Shown in pieces: positions 1-8,546 of a stretch of 31,468 nt of DNA (positions are counted from its first letter, which is position 1; every line of letters begins with the position of its first letter). The notes under the pieces are model-generated. The model did no database searches. It saw only the letters and a program-made list of their open reading frames with translations, and was not told the origin of the DNA. The position numbers were made by a program, and so were the translations under genes. This DNA is from a virus (Duplodnaviria; Caudoviricetes): IMG/VR virus record IMGVR_UViG_3300025647_000165, positions 1 to 31,468 of that record; one strand, written 5' to 3'.

Positions 1-60
1 CGCAACGGAATCGCTGATTATTCGAAAATCCTGACCCCCTCCCCCCCTGTTTGGCTGTTT

Positions 61-88
61 TCTTCGCACAATATTTATTATGTTCAGA
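61..88 (+). other. dif-like XerC/XerD recombination site
   Basis: TCTTCGCACAA-TATTTA-TTATGTTCAGG has the 11-6-11 layout of E. coli dif (GGTGCGCATAA-TGTATA-TTATGTTAAAT). 19/28 identical by manual alignment, TTATGTT core intact, intergenic. Confidence 0.65.
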
Positions 89-99
89 GATAGGCTTGC

Positions 100-585
100 C
101 TAACTTTTCTCCTCTATCACCTCAGCATCAACAACTTTCGCTGGCTTGCAGCTTGCAATCAGTTCTCTTAACGCTGAATCCGATAGATTGATCGTCTCGT
201 GTCTAATAGTTGTACTAGGTTTCCCCATCATTGTCTCAACTTTGTCGATCAAGATTCCTACTGTCACGGGCAACTTATCGGGCTTCAGCTCTCCTGACTC
301 TATTGCTGCCGAGAGCTTCTCTAATGCTGCATCCCTCGTCTTTATAAGGTCGCTTAGGAAAGCTTCTTGTGCCTTGGGATCTCTCTCTGCCTGCTTAACA
401 ATTTCTGCTGCCAATTGCGGGCTAATCCCGAACACTTCTGTCAGGGTTTCGGGTCCGAAACCCTTCTTGGCTGCCTTTAAAACTGAGTCATACCGCTCAG
501 GGTCCGTCTTCTTCAGACCTGAACCTGTATAGCGTTTGATTCCTGAAGCCTCCAGATCAGGATTCCATTTAGTTTTAACACCCAT
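100..585 (-). CDS. probable terminase small subunit (HTH plus helical oligomerisation region)
   Basis: Likely start MGVKTKW at 585. HTH-like segment (GFGPETLTEVFGISPQLAAEI), GILIDK helical motif and C-terminal 'VVDAEVIE' resemble phage TerS-like proteins. Located at the end of the replication module. Confidence 0.5.
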   Translation of the reverse strand: MGVKTKWNPDLEASGIKRYTGSGLKKTDPERYDSVLKAAKKGFGPETLTEVFGISPQLAAEIVKQAERDPKAQEAFLSDLIKTRDAALEKLSAAIESGELKPDKLPVTVGILIDKVETMMGKPSTTIRHETINLSDSALRELIASCKPAKVVDAEVIEEKS

Positions 586-611
586 AATAGGTGAAGTTGG
601 ATCAATTTCTG

Positions 612-650
612 TGTGTACACTTCTGCCAACCTCCCAGCCGAGTGTACACA
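612..650. promoter_or_regulatory. inverted repeat TGTGTACACT-N19-AGTGTACACA
   Basis: Perfect 10-bp inverted repeat. Each arm contains the palindrome GTGTACAC. Lies upstream of the TerS-like start. Confidence 0.45.
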
Positions 651-665
651 TTTTCAGCCCCTAAG

Positions 666-1085
666 TCAATACATTTGAAATTCTTTGATTGGTATGTATG
701 AGCAGATGGAGATGTCTTGCGGATCTTCTCTGTCAGATCTTCCACCTACCATCCACTCTGTGTGGGGTATGGTCATGTCTATGCATCCCAGAACGTCTGT
801 CCACTGGACCCACAGCCTGCAGTCTATGTCTGGGTGTATGGCAGCGTATGAGGCGGCGTTCCGGAGCTTGTGAACGTCTATGAGGTAGGTTTCGTGAAGT
901 GTTGACGGGATGGTCCTGCACTTGATCTCAACGAGGCCTGTGATCAGCCCCTGTTTGGTGACTGCGTAGTCGAATGAGTCACGTGGAGGCAGCTTGATTA
1001 GGGCTGCTCCTGTGATCTCCTCGATCCTCATTTTGACGAGTGTCTCTCGGTCCCTGTCAGCCTGTGACTCGTAGGTTTGTCGCAT
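666..1085 (-). CDS. PD-(D/E)XK nuclease-fold protein
   Basis: SFDYAV...VEIKCR catalytic-type motif. 139 aa, overlaps the upstream kinase gene. Confidence 0.55.
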   Translation of the reverse strand: MRQTYESQADRDRETLVKMRIEEITGAALIKLPPRDSFDYAVTKQGLITGLVEIKCRTIPSTLHETYLIDVHKLRNAASYAAIHPDIDCRLWVQWTDVLGCIDMTIPHTEWMVGGRSDREDPQDISICSYIPIKEFQMY

Positions 1086-1587
1086 ATTTCAGCATATTGA
1101 CGATGTTGGTTTTGAGTTGTTGTTGGGTAGAGTCGTTGTCGATGATGTAGTCTGGTTTGATGCTGTCGATTGCTGTTTCAGACACGTGGTGGTCGGAGGA
1201 GTCATCGAACCCCGGGCGATTGATTTTGACTACGATACCACCAAGGGAGCGAATCCACTCGGCCTCCAGTGGGAACCTGACATCATCGCACACCATGACA
1301 GTGGCGAATGGGGAGTATTGTCGCCACGTGTGGTCTGCTCGCTTGACCCAGTAGTCACTGCCGAATAACTGCTTCATTGCCTCACCATAGGTCTGAAGGA
1401 CTGGCCTGATGATCTCCTTGTTTTTGTCGTCGATTGGCAAACCCATGAGTCCCTGTATATCGATCTTGATAGGTGTGGCTAGGGAGATCCTGACCGAGTC
1501 TCCCTGCATGAGGTCCAGTATGATGTCTGCAGCGGTGGACTTTCCACTGCGTTTCTTGCCTGATAAGCCAATGATGGTGTGTGTCAT
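1057..1587 (-). CDS. deoxynucleoside monophosphate kinase
   Basis: IIGLSGKKRSGKST P-loop, RPVLQTYG, DDVRFPLE and HVSE motifs of the T4 gp1-like dNMP kinase family. Confidence 0.9.
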   Translation of the reverse strand: MTHTIIGLSGKKRSGKSTAADIILDLMQGDSVRISLATPIKIDIQGLMGLPIDDKNKEIIRPVLQTYGEAMKQLFGSDYWVKRADHTWRQYSPFATVMVCDDVRFPLEAEWIRSLGGIVVKINRPGFDDSSDHHVSETAIDSIKPDYIIDNDSTQQQLKTNIVNMLKYATNLRVTG

Positions 1588-2873
1588 AGGGATGGAGCAA
1601 CGTCTGTTTCGGCTGATTTGTCGATGGGCTCAAACCTACCGCACCATTTAGTCCACTCCAACTCTATTTTTCCGGTCTTGCCGTGGCGATTCTTTCGGAC
1701 GATGAAATCTACCCGGCTGTCGTTGGCCTTATCTGGCTGGTGCAGGAAGCTGACGGTATCGGAGTCCTGTTCGATTGCCCCAGACTCCCTCAGGTCTGAC
1801 AAAGCAGGAGCCCGTTCAGAGAGGTCTATGGCTCTGTTCATCTGGGAAAGGGTTATGAAGGGAACACCTGTCTCCATAGCGGCCATCTTCATTGTTCTTG
1901 AGATGTCGCTTATTTCGACAACTTTATTCTGATTTCGATAGGAAGGGGGAACGATCTGCAGATAATCGACGATGAACAGCTTGACGTTCTTCTCTCGAGC
2001 CATCCTGCGGGCCATTGATCTGATTCTGTTGGCGTTAATCTGCACGTTGTCTTCAATGGTGACAGGAAGTTTGGCACAGTATCCTGCTCCTGCGACGATC
2101 TTGTTGACATCACCTCTACCGGACTCCTTATACCATCCAATGTCCTCGCGAGTGTAGTTGCTGAGAAGCCGAGCCCCGATCTGATCGAACGGCATCTCGA
2201 AGGTGAAGTAGACAACGTGTTCCCCACGTGAGGCAGCCTCGAGCATGAGCTGGACAGCGAATGCCGACTTACCACAGCCCGGTCTTGCTGCGATTGTATT
2301 CATAGAACCCGGCTTAAATCCTCTCAGGATCGCGTCTAAGGGGGGTATCCCTGTTTTGCAGCCTGTGTTAGGCAGACCGTTAGGAAACGCAGCCTGAAGG
2401 CCATCTATGAAGCCTAGCCAGCCTTCTCGCTGATCAGTCATCCCAGAGCTGGCCTTTGTCACCTCATAGAAGTCGTTCTCGAGATTCTGCATGAGCTCCT
2501 TCGCTGGCAGGTCTTCTGAGAAGTTTTCAAGTGCGTTCCAATACCTCTGGAATACGTTCCTCGTAAGTCTGGTCTCCTCGAGTCGAGGGTAGTGGTAGGA
2601 CAACATGCTCGGAGAGTAACCCTCAGAGCACAGTTTGTTGACCAGCAGCGAGGCAGATTTGACCTTATCCCGGACGCTGATGTAGTTCACCTCAATGGAA
2701 TGCTCAGAGAGATCACAAGCAGCCTCCCACAGCTTCCTGTGGTGTATGCCGTGGAAATGATCCGCAGTGACACCGAGATCCACGGCCCTGTCAAAACCTC
2801 CCTCAAGAGCAGCGCCGAGAACAGCGTCCTCGTCAGCGGAGCTGTGGGGAATCTTCCAGTCACTCATTCCCAT
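1584..2873 (-). CDS. dnaB: replicative DNA helicase (DnaB family)
   Basis: N-terminal PHS..E.AVLG, Walker A AARPGCGKS, Walker B IVDYLQ, LSQMNR, LSDLRESGAIEQDSD and KNRHG. Confidence 0.95.
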   Translation of the reverse strand: MGMSDWKIPHSSADEDAVLGAALEGGFDRAVDLGVTADHFHGIHHRKLWEAACDLSEHSIEVNYISVRDKVKSASLLVNKLCSEGYSPSMLSYHYPRLEETRLTRNVFQRYWNALENFSEDLPAKELMQNLENDFYEVTKASSGMTDQREGWLGFIDGLQAAFPNGLPNTGCKTGIPPLDAILRGFKPGSMNTIAARPGCGKSAFAVQLMLEAASRGEHVVYFTFEMPFDQIGARLLSNYTREDIGWYKESGRGDVNKIVAGAGYCAKLPVTIEDNVQINANRIRSMARRMAREKNVKLFIVDYLQIVPPSYRNQNKVVEISDISRTMKMAAMETGVPFITLSQMNRAIDLSERAPALSDLRESGAIEQDSDTVSFLHQPDKANDSRVDFIVRKNRHGKTGKIELEWTKWCGRFEPIDKSAETDVAPSL

Positions 2874-3411
2874 AGCTGCCTCCTCTCAAAGCCTGACCAA
2901 TAAGGAAACCTGCGGTGAGACCTGCGTAGTTCTTTGAGACCCTGATCCTGTTCTCCATCTCAGGATCAATATCAGTAGTAGTAGTTACTTTCTTTAGTTC
3001 TTCATTAGTTATAGTCGCACTGTGCGACACTTTTGTCGCAGAAAACGACAACTTGTCGCATAAATCGACAGGACTAACCATATTTTGCTGTGTGCTGTCG
3101 GGGTTTTTTTCTGTGGAATTGTCGATTTCTGCGACACTTACTTTATCGTTAACGCTTGATCTAGTCATAGTCTGTCCTTGTTCAGTGAGGAACAGTTTCC
3201 TGCCCTCTTTACGTATCCAGCCAGAGTCGATCAGGCAGGTCAATGCCCTGTATGCTGTGGCTCGATGGACACCTATGTTTGTCGCTAATTTAGACACTGA
3301 CTCCCAGCATCCGCTGCCTCCGTCTCTCATTGAGATGTAGCAGTAGACTGTGAATTCTATTGGTGATAATCCCTGTTTAAACAGGTCCTCGGGTATGAAT
3401 GGACGTTTCAT
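2860..3411 (-). CDS. replication initiator protein (N-terminal HTH, lambda O-like organisation)
   Basis: Start MKRPFIP at 3411 (ATGA overlap). 'CWESVSKLATNIGVHRATAYRALTCLIDSGWI' winged-HTH. Directly upstream of DnaB and contains iterons. Confidence 0.75.
   Translation of the reverse strand: MKRPFIPEDLFKQGLSPIEFTVYCYISMRDGGSGCWESVSKLATNIGVHRATAYRALTCLIDSGWIRKEGRKLFLTEQGQTMTRSSVNDKVSVAEIDNSTEKNPDSTQQNMVSPVDLCDKLSFSATKVSHSATITNEELKKVTTTTDIDPEMENRIRVSKNYAGLTAGFLIGQALRGGSYGNE
2966..3136. repeat. putative replication origin: TGTCG-N7-CGACA iterons plus AT-rich tract
   Basis: Palindromic units at 3013-3029, 3034-3050, 3054-3070 and 3120-3136, with a degenerate copy at 3280-3296. AT-rich stretch at about 2966-3012. 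Confidence 0.75.
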
Positions 3412-3716
3412 TTTCTCAATACGGTTTGTTTGATCTGTTCGGCCAGCTCCCGTCCTTCCGGGCCGCATGACCTCAATCCCTGAACTAGAGACATCGCTAA
3501 TCCCCTGTCCAGCTTCTTAGACAATAAAGCCTCCCTGCAATACTTTAAGTATGAATCAGTTTCATAGCTATAAGTGCTCGCAGGGAGGTGCACTAATTCT
3601 GGGTCAATGACCTCTCCTTCTGATGGATAGTAGAAGGATTTGGCCTCAAACCTGTCGCAGGCCTGCTGTATAACCTCAGGGAGCTTGTTCCAGTGGTCTC
3701 TGCGCAGGTATTTCAC
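3408..3716 (-). CDS. hypothetical protein
   Basis: 102-aa ORF coupled by 4-nt overlaps to both neighbours. Confidence 0.7.
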   Translation of the reverse strand: MKYLRRDHWNKLPEVIQQACDRFEAKSFYYPSEGEVIDPELVHLPASTYSYETDSYLKYCREALLSKKLDRGLAMSLVQGLRSCGPEGRELAEQIKQTVLRK

Positions 3717-4525
3717 AGCCGATCATACACGTTCAAGACCAGTGGCTCGTGCGGCGTATAATCGGGCCACACAGAGAGCCTCATACAGCTCTCCAGTGTG
3801 CTGTAGGCCTCGTCAAGCTGCTCCTGAGCCACCTGACGGTCATTATCTGTGAACTCAACAATACAGCTATTGTATGGCCACTCTGTCTCGACCACGGCCC
3901 AGTACCATTTGTCGATTTTGAGCCCAGCCTTCGCTGCAATGTTGCGATAGTTGACCTCCTGCCAAGCGTATTTCAAATTTCGGGCAGTTCGTTTGAACTC
4001 GAGAGGTTTCGCGCCACCTTTTCTCGTGGTCTTCAGGTCGATCACAGTGGCGTCTGAGAGCATGTCAATTCGGCACTTAGCATCCACGCTTCCATGAAAC
4101 TTTTGCGCGAACACGCTCACCTCAGAGTTGAAAAACTTGATGTCTCGAACAATGGGCAGACTGTAGAATCTGTCAGAGATCGCCATAGCCCTGTCGAAGT
4201 CATCTTTTTTAATGATCAGCTTACCGGAAGCTTCCTGCTCCTTCCACCACTCCTTATTGGCTTTAAGACGTTTGTCCTGCTTGTCTGGTGGACATATGCT
4301 GTGCAGTGCATCGAATTTATCGCGCTCCAGAATATAACTATGACAAAGGCGGCCAAAAGCCATTGCCGTGCTGTCCACCCTCGGAGCCTGACCTGTGATT
4401 TTCCCGTGAAACTCATTCGGGTTATCGATCAGTTTAAGGTCGCTGGTGGAAAGGGCTGAGTCAGCCCGGTAGACTGACTCAGCTAGGTCGTTGTAGACCC
4501 CGCTCTTAAAATTAGAACGGAGCAT
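3713..4525 (-). CDS. RecE/exonuclease VIII-like PD-(D/E)XK exonuclease
   Basis: Y...ALSTSDLK, AMAFGRLCH, SEVSVF, KCRIDML and IDLKTT motifs. Start at 4525 or 4546, because the longer ORF overlaps the upstream gene. Confidence 0.85.
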   Translation of the reverse strand: MLRSNFKSGVYNDLAESVYRADSALSTSDLKLIDNPNEFHGKITGQAPRVDSTAMAFGRLCHSYILERDKFDALHSICPPDKQDKRLKANKEWWKEQEASGKLIIKKDDFDRAMAISDRFYSLPIVRDIKFFNSEVSVFAQKFHGSVDAKCRIDMLSDATVIDLKTTRKGGAKPLEFKRTARNLKYAWQEVNYRNIAAKAGLKIDKWYWAVVETEWPYNSCIVEFTDNDRQVAQEQLDEAYSTLESCMRLSVWPDYTPHEPLVLNVYDRL

Positions 4526-5099
4526 CTTCGGTGTCCTCAACAACATGACCGTTTCCTTTCGCACTTTTATATTCGGGTGACTCAGCGATCTTCTTCTGCA
4601 TCCACTCGGGAACTTTGTCCCAGTTTTTGAGTTGGGCAGAAATCTCAAAAACGAACGGATCGCTCGTGACCTCACCACACGGCAGGCCCTCTGGCATTAT
4701 CGAAAGCCCAGTGATGTTGTCGTAAACCTGCTCATCTTTACCCGGGCGGTGGACAATGGTCGCCAGTGTTGCCTTGCCCAGCAGCTCGGATAAATCGATG
4801 CCGCTTTCCATTTCAGACTTAGCCAACTGCTTCCCTTTAATCGCTACCACGTACTTGCACAAGGTAGACTTTTGGTTCAATGATGAGGTCACTATGACAC
4901 TTCTAGACAGCGACACGGGGCCATCCTCTTCCCTGAATGTGTGTTTCTTGTTCGGGAACTCGAACAGAAAACCAATTTGCTTTTTAGGTCCGTAGAATGT
5001 CTCTTGAGTCCCCAAGTCTACTAGCCCGACAAGAACAGCCACGTGGCTTCCTTCGGGTAGCATTACTCGATCTTTACTCTTCTCCATTTGTATCTTCAT
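4512..5099 (-). CDS. single-stranded DNA-binding-like protein
   Basis: VDLGTQ, SLNQKSTL and LLGK motifs of a common phage OB-fold family. Acidic aromatic C-terminus EDTEDAPF typical of SSBs. Adjacent to the exonuclease. Confidence 0.65.
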   Translation of the reverse strand: MKIQMEKSKDRVMLPEGSHVAVLVGLVDLGTQETFYGPKKQIGFLFEFPNKKHTFREEDGPVSLSRSVIVTSSLNQKSTLCKYVVAIKGKQLAKSEMESGIDLSELLGKATLATIVHRPGKDEQVYDNITGLSIMPEGLPCGEVTSDPFVFEISAQLKNWDKVPEWMQKKIAESPEYKSAKGNGHVVEDTEDAPF

Positions 5100-5475
5100 T
5101 TTGTTTCCTTTGGTTATTTATTTGTATCCATTCCTCCAGTGCTTTTATGTCAGCGCACTGGAAAATTCTAAGCAGGTCCTCAGCCTGCAAGATAGCGATC
5201 CACTTCCCGTGGTTCTTCTTCCAGACCACCACAGGTATCTCTGTGTCTCGAGCATCACCTTCTGCCTGTGCGATCCAGTCTCTAATTAATGCCTTCTCTG
5301 TGTTTTTAACTTCCCAATGGACAGGCAGATCTTTACAGGAGACATCCGGGCTATCGTGGTTCTGCTGCGACTGGTGGAACCCTGTTCGGCGAGCATCGAA
5401 CCCGAAGTACTTCAGGATTGACACCCACGCCCGCTCACCTCGAGCACCTTTCTGCTTACTGTTGATTTTGCTCAT
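5074..5475 (-). CDS. Holliday junction resolvase (Hjc-like PD-(D/E)XK)
   Basis: NSKQKGARGER, ARRT, SPDV and WEVK motifs. Confidence 0.8.
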   Translation of the reverse strand: MSKINSKQKGARGERAWVSILKYFGFDARRTGFHQSQQNHDSPDVSCKDLPVHWEVKNTEKALIRDWIAQAEGDARDTEIPVVVWKKNHGKWIAILQAEDLLRIFQCADIKALEEWIQINNQRKQNEDTNGEE

Positions 5476-5984
5476 AAGACGTATATGTGACCGTATTTGA
5501 GATCCTGTATTCCGCCGCGCAGAACGCAGACGTGCCCGAATGCCTTTGCTGCTTTAGCTTGTGCCCGCTCGGACTCCCTGAGACACCATTCCATGTTCGT
5601 GACCCAGCCATACTGAGCCCGCCACTTGTGGTCCGTATCGGGCAGCCACTCTGTGACCATGTCTGGCCAATACGGAGGAAGTGTGCGATCTGGGATCTGA
5701 GTGACGATTTCAGGCGCATCAGCGCGAACGCCAGAAACGTATTCGCGCAGGTGTAGGGCCCATCGGTAGAACGACTCCTCCCGCAGGCTCTCCACAAAGA
5801 ACCAGTCTGCCCTGCTGGTCTCCTCGTTGCAGCCATTCAGAGCCACTACGGCAAAACTGGCCCCACTGAGCTCCCGCAGAAGCCAGTGACTCATGCGCCG
5901 TGTGGCTGTCGGCTCCTTGATGCTCTGGTCGCCTGTGTATTTTCTGATGATCTCTGTGGGTTGCACGTCAATAGGCTCGCACAC
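5472..5984 (-). CDS. hypothetical Trp-rich protein
   Basis: 170-aa ORF whose stop overlaps the resolvase start. Start uncertain (GTG 5984 or ATG 5894). Confidence 0.55.
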   Translation of the reverse strand: MCEPIDVQPTEIIRKYTGDQSIKEPTATRRMSHWLLRELSGASFAVVALNGCNEETSRADWFFVESLREESFYRWALHLREYVSGVRADAPEIVTQIPDRTLPPYWPDMVTEWLPDTDHKWRAQYGWVTNMEWCLRESERAQAKAAKAFGHVCVLRGGIQDLKYGHIYVL

Positions 5985-6214
5985 CTTTCCACCATTGACA
6001 AGTATTTTTTTCTCAACCCGCAGAAGCAGCAGTGTAGGTTATCAGGAATTAGCCTCTAATCCGACTACTTACGGGACAATAAATTTCAGTCGGGACCCTC
6101 AAGTGTCCGAGGGGTGTGACTAAAAAAACTTGACAAGAGGAACGTGACTGTCTCAGCTTTCTCCCATAACAAGTCGGGCTTCTAAATCGACTTTGAGTCT
6201 CTGACTCGCTGAGT

Positions 6215-6253
6215 GCGTCTGGATCATTTCCGTGGTTCAGACGCCTTTTTTTT
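6215..6253 (+). terminator. intrinsic terminator-like hairpin
   Basis: GCGTCTGGATCA-tttccg-TGGTTCAGACGC stem (with G:U pairs) followed by C and T8. Confidence 0.6.
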
Positions 6254-6323
6254 GACCCACTCAGAAATATAATGTTGTTGGTTGACACTCACACGAAATG
6301 ATTGAGAAGCTGAAGAAAGTTAA

Positions 6324-7196
6324 ATGAAAACTGCCATTACCGTTCAAGCATACAACAGGCCTAGCTACCTCAGGAAGTCACTTCAAGCAGTTGCTTTGTG
6401 CGATCAGGGCTGGGATGTTCACGTGTTTCTTGATAGTCCAATTAAGTCGAAAGATGGGTTGATTGATAAGAAATCTGCCTGCCTGAATATGGAGTGCTTT
6501 AAGGTTATTAAGCAGGAGGTCCCGGGAGCCACGATACACTGGGGTGCATCCAATGCTGGCCCGTCTGTGTCCAGTATTTCTATAAAGGCGAAGCTTTTTG
6601 ATGTGCTGGATTATGATGCGGTGATATGTCTACCTGATGATTTTGTGCCTACTTTCGCATACTGGAGAACGATCAACAAGATGCTAGAGATGTCTGTAGA
6701 TGATGACAGATACGGGCTCGTGATGTGTTACAGCGGAAGAAAGGGAGAGGATCACTCGAAATTTTACAACAACTTAACCACTTGTGGGCATCTTGTTTGC
6801 ATTGGGTTGTGCCGCAACAAGTGGGATGTATGGAAAGATGAGTTAATGAAAGCTGCTGAGATATTCCACACATACAAGCAGCCGGATTGTTATGACAAGA
6901 TCAAAGACTGGCTCAACTCAAACGGTTTTGGGTTTAAATCCGGTCCTGAAGGCGATGCCTGTTTAATTGCACTCATGATAAAGCACGGTCAGGTCCCGGT
7001 TTCCACAGTGGCCAATCTCGGTGAGTATATAGGCAAGGAGGGTGAGTTTGGAGATATTGAATCCTACAACCGTCACTTCAAAGATGTTTCGATAGACAAG
7101 GTAGAGCCATCCATAGAGCAACCAGACCAAAGTTTTTTTGATCATGCCCTCAAGCGACTGAGAGATATTTACAACTACAGCACAGACAATGAATAG
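6324..7196 (+). CDS. GT-A fold glycosyltransferase (GT2-like)
   Basis: N-terminal AYNRPSYL...VFLD, ICLPDDF acidic motif and late 'EYIGKEG' segment. Confidence 0.7.
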   Translation: MKTAITVQAYNRPSYLRKSLQAVALCDQGWDVHVFLDSPIKSKDGLIDKKSACLNMECFKVIKQEVPGATIHWGASNAGPSVSSISIKAKLFDVLDYDAVICLPDDFVPTFAYWRTINKMLEMSVDDDRYGLVMCYSGRKGEDHSKFYNNLTTCGHLVCIGLCRNKWDVWKDELMKAAEIFHTYKQPDCYDKIKDWLNSNGFGFKSGPEGDACLIALMIKHGQVPVSTVANLGEYIGKEGEFGDIESYNRHFKDVSIDKVEPSIEQPDQSFFDHALKRLRDIYNYSTDNE

Positions 7197-7902
7197 TTGC
7201 TACTTCATATACGGTGAGAATGAGATAAACCCTATGCCAAGACACTGGGCAGTTAATATGTCCTCGTTCGCACGCCATAATAGGGGAAGTTTTGATGTAA
7301 GGCTTGTTACGCTGAAGTCATGCAACGGTGCTTTTGATGACCTGTTTCGTTTCAGCAAAATTCTATGGGCTCAGGTCATGAGATTCCACATGATCTACGA
7401 GAATGGTGGACTATATTCTGACTGCGATGTCGAATACTACGGGCCAGTCCCATCAGTGGAAGGTTGCAACTACGTGTTCGCAACAGAGATTCACGGTCAT
7501 GTCAGCGATGCTTTTTTTTATGCCGAGAAGCACTCGACCATCATGAAAAAAGCTTTAGACAAGGCGGTCTCTTGGAGCTACGGGCAGCTTGAACGCGGAT
7601 CACACTGCGCCAAGACAGTTGACTTTCTCGACGAAGCTGGTGTTGGCATGTTCAGCAAACTGGTCAGGCGTGAGACAGGGTTTGATTTTGTGAACAATCA
7701 TCAGGTTCATATGTCAAAGGAAGAGTTCAACGGAAGATTCCACCCAGAAAATGGCGTTGGGATAATTCCTTTCGAGGCACTTTGCCGCAGAAGTCGACAC
7801 AACTGGATCGGGTGGCATCAGTGCAATGGGACGTGGAGACCTAGAAATGACCAAGGTGCAGACATGAGTCCAGAAGCACTAATCCAATTCAATCCATTAT
7901 GA
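7189..7902 (+). CDS. glycosyltransferase with DXD sugar-binding motif (GT32/OCH1-like)
   Basis: RFHMIYENGGLYSDCDV matches R-x3-(L/I)Y-x2-GG-x-Y-x-D-x-D, followed by 'AFFYAEKHS'. Confidence 0.8.
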   Translation: MNSCYFIYGENEINPMPRHWAVNMSSFARHNRGSFDVRLVTLKSCNGAFDDLFRFSKILWAQVMRFHMIYENGGLYSDCDVEYYGPVPSVEGCNYVFATEIHGHVSDAFFYAEKHSTIMKKALDKAVSWSYGQLERGSHCAKTVDFLDEAGVGMFSKLVRRETGFDFVNNHQVHMSKEEFNGRFHPENGVGIIPFEALCRRSRHNWIGWHQCNGTWRPRNDQGADMSPEALIQFNPL

Positions 7903-8546
7903 GTATGAAGGAAAATTGGGATACGTGGGCTTCAGAATCCCCGTATTTTGCTGTTATCACAGATCCAGAATATAGGAACGGAGATAACGATAATTTCTGG
8001 CGATCAGGATTTCATTGCGCGGCAGGCATCGAAAAGGAGCTTAACAATGTCGGGGTAAATCTAAGTGACTGCACGGTTGCAGAACTTGGTGTTGGTGTTG
8101 GACGTGTTGGGTCTCAGGTTTCAAAACTGTGCAGGGAATACACAGGCATCGACGTTAGCCCAAAGATGATGGAGGTATGCAAGAAGCACCATCCACACCT
8201 GCGTCTTCAAGAAGTGACCTGCGATTTCCCTGAGGTTGATGTATTCTACTCAATTATAACTCTTCAGCACTGCAAGCATGAAGACATAAGGGTTTTAATA
8301 AGGAGAATGTTGGAAGCATCAAAACGAGCCACAATATTCCAGCTCCCCGACATACCTTCAACAGTTAAGATGGGCGAGCGTGAGCCCCCTTACATTCATA
8401 TGTATGGGCTGCCTGTTGGTGAAGTTATCTCTCTGGCTCAAGAAACAGGGTTCAAGCCATACTCGATCAGGAAGGAGTATAGTGCAGGGCCAAAGTATGA
8501 CAGTTACTCATATGTATTTATGCCAGAAAATCGCATTGACACATAA
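7899..8546 (+). CDS. class I SAM-dependent methyltransferase
   Basis: Motif I ELGVGVGR, GIDVSPKM and YSIITLQH. No DPPY/NPPY or PC motif of DNA methyltransferases. Confidence 0.85.
   Translation: MSMKENWDTWASESPYFAVITDPEYRNGDNDNFWRSGFHCAAGIEKELNNVGVNLSDCTVAELGVGVGRVGSQVSKLCREYTGIDVSPKMMEVCKKHHPHLRLQEVTCDFPEVDVFYSIITLQHCKHEDIRVLIRRMLEASKRATIFQLPDIPSTVKMGEREPPYIHMYGLPVGEVISLAQETGFKPYSIRKEYSAGPKYDSYSYVFMPENRIDT

Noticed and set aside
3013-3136. Regularly spaced palindromes as a mini-CRISPR array
   Set aside because: The units are 17 bp with 3-4 bp gaps, have no spacers, lie in a CDS and have no cas genes nearby. Iterons fit better.
6252-6273. TTGACC...TATAAT as a consensus promoter
   Set aside because: The spacer is only 10 nt.
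6049-6288. 79-aa - strand ORF in the divergent region
   Set aside because: It runs through hairpins and promoter-like boxes and has no protein-like features. The region is probably non-coding.
7899-8546. Methyltransferase as a DNA methyltransferase of an R-M system
   Set aside because: It lacks DPPY/NPPY or PC catalytic motifs, and its context is glycosyltransferases.
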